A DNA stretch of 32,933 nucleotides, taken from the NCBI GenBank assembly GCA_018662715.1, contig JABJFP010000114.1, positions 1 to 32,933 of the forward strand, read 5' to 3'. This document shows, piece after piece, positions 15,676 to 23,081 of the stretch. The stretch is from Methanobacteriota archaeon. GTDB taxonomy: Archaea; Thermoplasmatota; Poseidoniia; Poseidoniales; Poseidoniaceae. Under the pieces are notes generated by a model. It was not told the DNA's origin and made no database searches. It saw only the letters and a program-made list of their open reading frames with translations. The translations under genes and the position numbers were made by a program. Numbering within the stretch: the first letter of the stretch is position 1; the number at the start of each line of letters is the position of its first letter.

Positions 15676-18600
15676 ATGAACCGAGATATGTGGAAGGCTG
15701 CCTTCGTCGCCGTTTTGTTTCTTCTCACTCCGATGCTAAACCATGTCGGCCCTGCAACCATCCTCTCCGAGGATAACACTCCCGATAACAGTTCGACTGG
15801 AAACCTCTCAGTGGTTGATGTCCCCAATTACAGAATTGGTGATAAGTGGGTGTATGAGACGAAATTTGACGTCGCACAACTGATCGCCCAAGCCAATGTC
15901 TCTGCATCCCTCAACACACTGACAGGAGATACGGTCAACACGGTCACTGACATCCTCTATGAAACCGACGAAAACGGCAAGTCTGTTCTTGTGTACGAAA
16001 TCACCATTGACGGCTCGTTTAGTTCCGGTAATAGTGGGGCGACTCTTGAAGGAACGAGTGGACGGTTGGAAATTGATTACGATGGAACCGACATCATCCG
16101 AGCAAGAGACCTGGCGACGAGGGAATCCAATTTCAATTTGGATGTTACATTTGCTCCTTTTAACCTCGGGTTTTTGAGCTTCACATTGGCTGATATCAAC
16201 TTTGATAACAGTTACACCCCAGCCAAAGAAACCCATGATTTCCCACTTCGAAACGGCGACCAGTGGTACATGCCCTTCCGCGCAGACACAGTGGTAACAG
16301 GTACGTCTGATTATTTTGACCCGTCGGAATTTGATGGAGGTGGACCCGAAAACTATTCATGGCAGGTCATCAAGAATGATGCCCCCAGTGAAGATGGAGA
16401 CACACCGCAATATTTGGGCTGCGACAATTCATACAAAATCTCAGAATGGAATGAATCAGGAGTCAATACCGGATTCAACTGGTACTGCCCCGATGCCCGA
16501 GGAAGCGCCTGGAACCGAATCATCAATCCAGCAGGATTTACCATTGATTGGATTTTGAAAACGTACAACCCAAGTGATTCAAACAGTGTCATTCCAGCCT
16601 CTTCGCCGGGTGGGCGAAACACCAACCTCAATGTAGCAACGGCCTACTCCGCAACCCTTCCGGACTCCACTGAAACCATTACCGTTGATTACAACGTTGC
16701 AGGCTCACCACCAAATCCGATAGCGAATACGAACCTGCAATTGCGCTATGAAATCGCTGAAACGATCCTTAACCCAACGACGGACCAGAATGGAGTAGCT
16801 CAAATTTCACTAAATGTATCCAACATGACCGACACAACGCCAAGTAGCGACGACCATACCAGCAACGGAGTTGTTGTTTACGACCCGGCTGCAAAAATCG
16901 TCGGAGCCGCTACTGTTGTTCAAGACCTCAGCGTTGTAGGAATTGACCTCATTGCCCAGCCCTCATCAGTCATCGTGGAACGCACAAGAGGGGGTGTCAC
17001 GACAACGCTAGGGGCATCGATTGGCTACAACGCATTACCTGGAGACATGATGATGTTCTCATTGCCCGCTCAAAACCGAGGTGTACTCACATCTCCAGCA
17101 ACCTACATGGAAATTGAGACTCCTGATGGAGTCACATACCGAGAGCCATTAACAGCCATTGGACCGTACTCAGAAGAGCGAGTCATCGTCAACTGGGCAG
17201 TCCCTGAGGAACTAGCAGTGGGAGTTAAGAATCTCAAATTCACTGTGGACCCAGACATGAACGTGACCGCCGATACCAACAAGACGAACAATGATGCTAC
17301 CATTGGAATTTTCATTGGTCGCGCCCCAACCGCTCTTTTTGAGGCAAGTGAAGGAAATTACACTTTTGAAAATGTCACCCTCAACGCTACAGGTAGTTAT
17401 GACGAAGATGGCGGAGAAGTCGATTGTGTCTTTGAGATTGAGTCTCGTGTTGGGCTCATCGATGTTATTGAGGCACCTGATTGCTCCACTCATTGGAACT
17501 GGTCAAACAGCGGCACATGGTCTGTCACGGTCATCGTCATCGACGGTGAATTGGACATTGATGAACTTCAAATTGATGTTGTCATCTTGAACCGGGCACC
17601 TAAATTCAACCTTTCCCATGATGCGACTGTCCCCGTGGAGCAATCCATTACCATCAGTGCAATTGACATTCAAGATATCGACACATCGTCCCCAACTGGG
17701 CAGCAGGTAACCATCTCATGGCCAGGATTGGAATGTACGGAAGGGTTGACCCAGCCCACATGCACGTTCATTCCCACAAGCGAAGGGCCCATGAATATCA
17801 CAGCCATTGCAACCGATGACGATGGTGCCACAACAACGGTAACCAGCCCATTGGACGTGTTGAACATCCCACCAACAATTGGTTTCCCAGAATTATGGAC
17901 CGGTGGGGAACAACTGTTGCAGGACGCAAATGGTACCTGGCACCTTGACGAAGACGAAATCGCATTGCTCCGAATCGTAGCCGACGATACGAGCAATGAC
18001 CAAGGCACGCTCATTGTAGAATGGCTTCCCTCTCTTGCCGATGAAAACTGGACCGTCACCAGCGTTGGAATCTCCTCATCTGAAGCCGTTGCATGGACAA
18101 CATCTGGAATCCATACGTTAAACGTCCGAGCAATTGACAGCGACGGTGCAACATCGGCAACTCAAACTGGCGAGGTTTTGATTCACAACGTCGCTCCCAC
18201 CGTCACAGGATTGCCTGGAAATACTCCGGTGTTTGAAGAGGACAACCTCTCTTTAGAAGTCGTTGCAAGCGATACGGCCTCTGACATTGACACCTTGGAG
18301 ATTTGCTGGGACTTTGACGCCACGGCTGACTTGGATAATGACGGAACTAAGGATAACGATTGTGAACTTACAGGAGCATCAATTTCCAAGTCATGGTCAA
18401 CAACTGGTGTCCGTTGGATCACCGTCACTGTCACCGATGACGATGGAGCAACTGCAACTCAATCGATGAATGTCAGCGTACTCAATCTGCCACCAACTGC
18501 AGTCATCACGCTCGGCACCCTTGCTGATAATCTCATGGAGGGAGATAACCTGACCTTGGACGGAACTCAATCTGTTGAGACAGCGGGTGACAAAACGACT

Positions 18601-19272
18601 CTTATCTACCAGTGGGATGCTTCTTTCTTGGACACCGATTTGGATGGTAACAAGGTCGGAGATGTTGACCACCTCGGCGGAACATGGACCATTGAAGACC
18701 TTCCTGCAGGAACATGGAACATCATACTGACCGTTACCGACGATGATGGTGAATTTCAAACAACAGAACTCTCATTCGTGGTATCAGAAGCGCCTTCTGA
18801 AGGATTGTTTGAGAGTATATCCGACACCGTAGGGACGACCATGACATATGTCATCTTTATATTGGGAATCGTGATTGTTGGGCTTGTTGCCTTCTTGCTG
18901 TTTACAAGAAAGCGGCCCAGTGACGAACTCAAGGGATTCTCTGCCTTCGAACAGCCCTTTGAAGCACCACCAGTCGCTGCAGCCCCGGCCCCGGTAGAAG
19001 CCGCACCACAACCAACATCGTACGCACCGCAACCCGCTGCCGCTGTTGCTGAGCCAATCTATCAAGCCCCAGAACCGGTTAACACCGGCCCACCGATTCC
19101 AGCAACCGGACTTCCTGAAGGATGGAACATGGAACAGTGGAATTACTACGGAGAACAATGGCTAGCAGCAAATGCTGCACCAGCACCGGTCCAACAACCC
19201 ATAGTTTCTAACCCTGCACCAGCACCTGCCTCAACGGAGCTACAATCGTTGTTGGACGATCTCGACTTTTGA
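15676..19272 (+). CDS. Giant type-I surface protein B (paralog of A): same N-terminal domain, CARDB, PKD-like repeats, TM anchor, P/A-rich cytoplasmic tail
   Basis: Signal peptide MNRDMWKAAFVAVLFLLTPML. Blocks colinear with A: DVPNYRIGDKWVY, ATLEGTSGRLEIDY, HDFPLRNGDQW, GCDNSYKISEWNESG...WYCPDARGSAW, TIDWILKTYNP. CARDB segment (...DPDMNVTADTNKTNN). PKD-type units (TGVRWITVTVTDDDGATATQSMNVSVLN and others). TM helix TYVIFILGIVIVGLVAFLLF (about 18835-18903). The 122-aa tail contains GLPEGWNMEQWNYYGEQWL and ends in LLDDLDF. Confidence 0.85.
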   Translation: MNRDMWKAAFVAVLFLLTPMLNHVGPATILSEDNTPDNSSTGNLSVVDVPNYRIGDKWVYETKFDVAQLIAQANVSASLNTLTGDTVNTVTDILYETDENGKSVLVYEITIDGSFSSGNSGATLEGTSGRLEIDYDGTDIIRARDLATRESNFNLDVTFAPFNLGFLSFTLADINFDNSYTPAKETHDFPLRNGDQWYMPFRADTVVTGTSDYFDPSEFDGGGPENYSWQVIKNDAPSEDGDTPQYLGCDNSYKISEWNESGVNTGFNWYCPDARGSAWNRIINPAGFTIDWILKTYNPSDSNSVIPASSPGGRNTNLNVATAYSATLPDSTETITVDYNVAGSPPNPIANTNLQLRYEIAETILNPTTDQNGVAQISLNVSNMTDTTPSSDDHTSNGVVVYDPAAKIVGAATVVQDLSVVGIDLIAQPSSVIVERTRGGVTTTLGASIGYNALPGDMMMFSLPAQNRGVLTSPATYMEIETPDGVTYREPLTAIGPYSEERVIVNWAVPEELAVGVKNLKFTVDPDMNVTADTNKTNNDATIGIFIGRAPTALFEASEGNYTFENVTLNATGSYDEDGGEVDCVFEIESRVGLIDVIEAPDCSTHWNWSNSGTWSVTVIVIDGELDIDELQIDVVILNRAPKFNLSHDATVPVEQSITISAIDIQDIDTSSPTGQQVTISWPGLECTEGLTQPTCTFIPTSEGPMNITAIATDDDGATTTVTSPLDVLNIPPTIGFPELWTGGEQLLQDANGTWHLDEDEIALLRIVADDTSNDQGTLIVEWLPSLADENWTVTSVGISSSEAVAWTTSGIHTLNVRAIDSDGATSATQTGEVLIHNVAPTVTGLPGNTPVFEEDNLSLEVVASDTASDIDTLEICWDFDATADLDNDGTKDNDCELTGASISKSWSTTGVRWITVTVTDDDGATATQSMNVSVLNLPPTAVITLGTLADNLMEGDNLTLDGTQSVETAGDKTTLIYQWDASFLDTDLDGNKVGDVDHLGGTWTIEDLPAGTWNIILTVTDDDGEFQTTELSFVVSEAPSEGLFESISDTVGTTMTYVIFILGIVIVGLVAFLLFTRKRPSDELKGFSAFEQPFEAPPVAAAPAPVEAAPQPTSYAPQPAAAVAEPIYQAPEPVNTGPPIPATGLPEGWNMEQWNYYGEQWLAANAAPAPVQQPIVSNPAPAPASTELQSLLDDLDF
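19108..19164 (+). other. Conserved W/Y-rich cytoplasmic tail motif, copy in protein B
   Basis: GLPEGWNMEQWNYYGEQWL, preceded by GPPIPAT (A has GPPLPET). Confidence 0.8.
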
Positions 19273-19281
19273 GGACATAGT

Positions 19282-19854
19282 ATGGCGAATCTGTGGCAAT
19301 TCTTTGGATTACCTGACCCCGAAGGGAGTACAAGCCGAGAGGCAGCCCCTGCAACGACGCTTACACCGGCCCCAACACCTGTTCATGTTGAACAAACCAC
19401 GCTTGAATCAATTGAGCCTGCGCCCGTGTTGGCCAGCAATGCCCCAACTTCTTCACAGCCATCTCTAGAACGGCTCCAGCCTCCATTGAATTGGACTGGC
19501 CCTGTCACGCCCGATGGAGAACCGTTCCACGACCTTGGACTTCATACTGGACGCCCACAAGCACTTCCATCCAAGGCCCTGAGATATGTGGCCCCTGATG
19601 CCATGAAACGCATTCATTCCCAAGCCATACTCCAACGAGTCCTTCAAGGAGATACCGTCATCGTGGATTTACGACCATTGGTCCATATGGAAAGCCACCA
19701 GATGGCCTGCAGAAGAGAATTGAAGCACATGGGAGATGAGGCAGGAGTCAACATCTTCTCCCTTGACCAAGAAGATAAATTACTCATGATACCTGGAATC
19801 AACGTTGTTGTTGACATGGAGAAACATGAACTTGGGCTTACGCCGCTAATGTGA
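19282..19854 (+). CDS. sepF: SepF-like cell-division protein (FtsZ membrane anchor) with an unusually long P/T/A-rich linker
   Basis: The C-terminal core GDTVIVDLRPLVHMESHQMACRRELKHMGDEAGVNIFSLDQEDKLLMIPGINVVVD follows the archaeal SepF pattern: G-x-hIhhDh..., then an acidic helix, then G-x-I, then ll-h-P-x-v-I. The N-terminus MANLWQFFGL could form an amphipathic membrane-targeting helix. A GAGGA Shine-Dalgarno motif overlaps the upstream stop codon. Confidence 0.6.
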   Translation: MANLWQFFGLPDPEGSTSREAAPATTLTPAPTPVHVEQTTLESIEPAPVLASNAPTSSQPSLERLQPPLNWTGPVTPDGEPFHDLGLHTGRPQALPSKALRYVAPDAMKRIHSQAILQRVLQGDTVIVDLRPLVHMESHQMACRRELKHMGDEAGVNIFSLDQEDKLLMIPGINVVVDMEKHELGLTPLM

Positions 19855-19856
19855 AA

Positions 19857-20468
19857 TCAACCGATGTTGGACAGTTGTTCGAGCATATCCATTGCCGATT
19901 GAGCAATCCCCAAAACCACCGATTCGCTACCGTCTACTAAACGAGCATGCTCACCCATCGCACCGTGAAGGTCGTATCCTCCTGCCTTGCCTTTCCAAGA
20001 GTTAGACCGGATTAAGTCCATCAGAACCTCATCACCGAAGTTTGGAAATTCAACCAGAGCAAACTCACAGAAAAACGTCCACTTCCCCATGAAATGAATC
20101 CCGGTAGCGCTCCAAACCTGATGTCGGCGTCCGGAGAGCCGGTGAAGCATCACAGCGGCTTCCGCTGCGTCACCTGGTTTCCCCATACTGAGCGAATGGT
20201 CGTCAGGGTCACTGATCATGGTATCTGAGACAATGGTCACCTGAGCGCCAGTGAAGTCTGATATCCCTTCGGCTTTCCGTTTGCATATCGTCAACACCTG
20301 ATGGTCAACACTCCCAATTGGTGGGGTTTCATCGACGCCGGGCACCCCCGATTGATGGAGATCAGGGAATAAAAGGTCTAACATCACCTTTCGGCGCTCT
20401 GAATTCGATGCCAGCCAAACCTTCACACTTTGTCCAAGAAGAGGTACAATTTGGTAGTTGCGATTCAT
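19857..20468 (-). CDS. maf: Maf-like nucleoside-triphosphate pyrophosphatase
   Basis: VWLASNSERRKVMLDLL matches the Maf N-terminal ASxSPRR..LL motif. Also present: SDTMIS...SMGKPGDAAEAAVMLHRLSGRRHQVWS, KGKAGGYDLHG and VDGSESVVLGI. The true start is ATG 20468. The track ORF extends to 20717, antisense into the neighbouring gene. Confidence 0.8.
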   Translation of the reverse strand: MNRNYQIVPLLGQSVKVWLASNSERRKVMLDLLFPDLHQSGVPGVDETPPIGSVDHQVLTICKRKAEGISDFTGAQVTIVSDTMISDPDDHSLSMGKPGDAAEAAVMLHRLSGRRHQVWSATGIHFMGKWTFFCEFALVEFPNFGDEVLMDLIRSNSWKGKAGGYDLHGAMGEHARLVDGSESVVLGIAQSAMDMLEQLSNIG

Positions 20469-20516
20469 GAATCCGAAGGGAGAGGTTGAAGAATTGGAAG
20501 GTGTACCGCAGCGTGA

Positions 20517-21245
20517 GTGAGCCGTATGAGTGCAATGGAACGAATCCCTACACATATCGAAGGTCTGGATGAAAAAATGCAAGGTGGTATCCCGCAGGGG
20601 CACATTTGCATCGTCGCAGGGGCATCGGGTGCAATGAAATCCAGCCTTACCTTTTCGATGCTCTACAACGCTGTTCTCTACGGGGAAACAAGTGGAATCT
20701 ATGTTACCCTTGAACAAGGGAAAGAATCGCTACGTTCTCACATGGCAAACATGGGAATGAATGTGGACGACCCTCGTGTCCGAAATCGAATCGCCATTAT
20801 TGACCTCGCTGACCTTCGCGTCAAACTTGACGAACAGGGTATGAGCAACCGTGTTGATTGGATGGGGCAGCTCATCAAGCAACTGACCTCATACCGAGAA
20901 TCAATCGGATTTGAACTCCTTGTTTTCGACTCACTAGGAGCCTTTTTCACCCTTACCAAAATGGAAAACCCTCGTGATGAAATTTTCCGCCTCTTTGAAG
21001 CAACCCGCCGTTTAGGACTGACCTCATTCTTCATCTGTGAAATGACTGGAGATGACCACAAACAGTTTGGTGAATATGGAGTGGAAGATTATCTCTCAGA
21101 TGGAGTAGTCCACCTGGTCATGGAGCGTCATGGAGACGATGTCATGCGGAAAATCGGGGTAGTCAAAATGCGCCACACCAACCACTTGTTAGGTTACAAA
21201 CCGTTCAACTGGAAAGAAGAAGAGCAGCGATTCACAATTTTGTGA
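20517..21245 (+). CDS. Single-domain RecA-superfamily ATPase of the KaiC/GvpD/RAD55 type, with a deviant P-loop
   Basis: ERIPTHIEGLDEKMQGGIPQGHICIVAGASGAMKSSLTF follows the KaiC-like pattern RI.TGI.GLD..L.GGIP.G....I.G.PGTGKT. Walker B is ELLVFDSL. Length of about 240 aa fits. GTG at 20517; ATG alternatives at 20526 and 20535. Confidence 0.75.
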   Translation: MSRMSAMERIPTHIEGLDEKMQGGIPQGHICIVAGASGAMKSSLTFSMLYNAVLYGETSGIYVTLEQGKESLRSHMANMGMNVDDPRVRNRIAIIDLADLRVKLDEQGMSNRVDWMGQLIKQLTSYRESIGFELLVFDSLGAFFTLTKMENPRDEIFRLFEATRRLGLTSFFICEMTGDDHKQFGEYGVEDYLSDGVVHLVMERHGDDVMRKIGVVKMRHTNHLLGYKPFNWKEEEQRFTIL

Positions 21246-21248
21246 AGT

Positions 21249-23072
21249 TCATTCAACGGTGACCGACTTGGCCAGATTCCTGGGCCTATCGACATCCTTG
21301 CCAAGACGTACAGCTGTCCTGTACGCCATCAATTGAAGAGGAAGTACCGTAAGTAATGGAGTCAACCAAGGATGAATTTTGGGGATTGCAATTGAAATAT
21401 CGCCTTCCTCAGCAATCGCGTCTCCTTTTTCATGGATCAGGATTATCTTCGCACCTCGGGCCTTGCATTCATGTATTGCGAGGAGGGTTTTTTCCTTCAA
21501 ATGGTCACTGGGTGCAACAACAACAACCGGACTACCATCTTCGAGAAGAGCCATGGGTCCATGTTTCATTTCGCCCGCTGGATATGCAAGGCAGGGAATG
21601 TAGGCCAGTTCCATCAGTTTCAATGCGCCTTCCTTGGCTACGGGGGCTGAAAGGCCACGACCCAAATACAGCACTGACTTTGCTTGAGCGAGAAGGTCTA
21701 CGGCCTCATCAATCGGGCCGACATCTTCGAAGTAGGCCTCCATAAGATGTGGGGCCTGTTGGAGTTGTTGAATCAATTCACGGCCTTGTTCTTTGGACAT
21801 ATTGCGGCTACGCCCAAGTTGCATTGAAAACACGGTTAACGCTCCAACCATGTTTGTGAAGGCTTTTGTTGAGGCTACCGATTGTTCAGGCCCCGAGTGG
21901 ATGTAAACGCCTTGACCGCAAAGGCGAGCAATTGTTGAACCGACGACATTGACGACTCCAAAGACTTGCCCTCCCTTCAATTTTATTTCTTTGATTGCGG
22001 AAATCGTATCGGCCGTTTCTCCTGATTGAGAAACAGCGAGATAGATCGCTTTTGTATTGATGATGGGGTCGTTATTCCTGTATTCGCTCGCGATGTGGGT
22101 TACTGCTGGTATACGAGCCATTTTTTCGATGAGCATTTGACCGATCTCTGCAGCAAATGCAGCGGTTCCACATCCAAGCAATCGGACGTGAGGTGCTTGG
22201 ACAAGAGTAGAGTGAGGTAAACGCATACCACCCAGCCTCCCAGTGCCCATTTCTCGATCGACCCTGCCGGTGATGCAATGCCTGAGCGCATCGGGTTGTT
22301 CGTAAATTTCCTTGTACATGTAGTGGGGAGCATCACCAAGCTCGGATTCAGCCCATGAATCTTCAAGTGTCTGAACATTCGTTTGGATGGAGCGGCCCTG
22401 TTTTGAAGCAACTTTGATGGAATCTCTTGTGATTGTCGCCATGTCTCCATCCTCAAGGTAAACCACATGTTGGGTGTGCGAGGTCAGTGGATGAGGGTCA
22501 CTAGAAACAAACATCTCACCTTTTCCTTGCCCTATGATGAGAGGGGACCCGTTACGTGCACAGACCAAGAGGTCATGGTCATGGAACATAACACAGATGC
22601 CCCAAGTGCCTCGGACACGTTTAAGCATTCTACGGACCGAATCCTGAGGGGTTGCGCCAGCCTCCAATTCAAGCCCGACCATATGGGCAAGGACCTCTGA
22701 ATCTGTTTCACTCTTGAGTTCAATTCCCTTGGCGATAAGTTTCGCCCGAAGTAAACGAAAATTTTCAATGATGCCGTTGTGTACGAGGAGGACCTTGCCA
22801 TCGTACGAAGCATGTGGATGTGTGTTCTCCTGTGTCACTCCTCCGTGAGTAGCCCAGCGTGTGTGAGCAATACCCATCGTTGAATTTGCTTCAGCGGGCA
22901 ATACCTGCTTCAAATCATTGACCTTTCCAACAGTCTTGTGAACGCTAATGGATTCTCCATCATGGAGTCCCACTCCAGTAGAATCGTATCCTCGGTACTC
23001 CAAGCGCCTTAATCCCTCAACCAATATGGGCAGCGAACGTTGATGACCAATATATCCAAAAATACCGCACAT
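21249..23072 (-). CDS. glmS: Glutamine--fructose-6-phosphate aminotransferase (isomerizing)
   Basis: N-terminal nucleophile MCGIFGYIG. Two SIS domains (SQSGETADT). C-terminal ...LAKSVTVE. Length 607 aa. A GAGGA motif overlaps the upstream stop codon, 6 nt before the ATG. Confidence 0.97.
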   Translation of the reverse strand: MCGIFGYIGHQRSLPILVEGLRRLEYRGYDSTGVGLHDGESISVHKTVGKVNDLKQVLPAEANSTMGIAHTRWATHGGVTQENTHPHASYDGKVLLVHNGIIENFRLLRAKLIAKGIELKSETDSEVLAHMVGLELEAGATPQDSVRRMLKRVRGTWGICVMFHDHDLLVCARNGSPLIIGQGKGEMFVSSDPHPLTSHTQHVVYLEDGDMATITRDSIKVASKQGRSIQTNVQTLEDSWAESELGDAPHYMYKEIYEQPDALRHCITGRVDREMGTGRLGGMRLPHSTLVQAPHVRLLGCGTAAFAAEIGQMLIEKMARIPAVTHIASEYRNNDPIINTKAIYLAVSQSGETADTISAIKEIKLKGGQVFGVVNVVGSTIARLCGQGVYIHSGPEQSVASTKAFTNMVGALTVFSMQLGRSRNMSKEQGRELIQQLQQAPHLMEAYFEDVGPIDEAVDLLAQAKSVLYLGRGLSAPVAKEGALKLMELAYIPCLAYPAGEMKHGPMALLEDGSPVVVVAPSDHLKEKTLLAIHECKARGAKIILIHEKGDAIAEEGDISIAIPKIHPWLTPLLTVLPLQLMAYRTAVRLGKDVDRPRNLAKSVTVE

Positions 23073-23081
23073 TGAAATTCC

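Noticed and set aside
15198-15827. 209-aa minus-strand ORF spanning the A/B intergenic spacer.
   Set aside because: It overlaps the conserved tail motif of A and the signal peptide of B on the opposite strand. It has no recognisable family and an Arg/Ser-rich composition typical of antisense frames.
20469-20717. N-terminal 83-aa extension of the maf ORF (Cys/His-rich MFKGNIDSTCF...).
   Set aside because: It overlaps the 5' end of the KaiC-like gene on the other strand, including that gene's P-loop region. The Maf homology (ASNSERR...) starts only after ATG 20468.
23073-23081. Possibility of a glmS ribozyme or riboswitch upstream of glmS.
   Set aside because: Only 9 nt separate glmS from the preceding gene, so there is no room for the ribozyme of about 170 nt. 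That element is also a bacterial feature.
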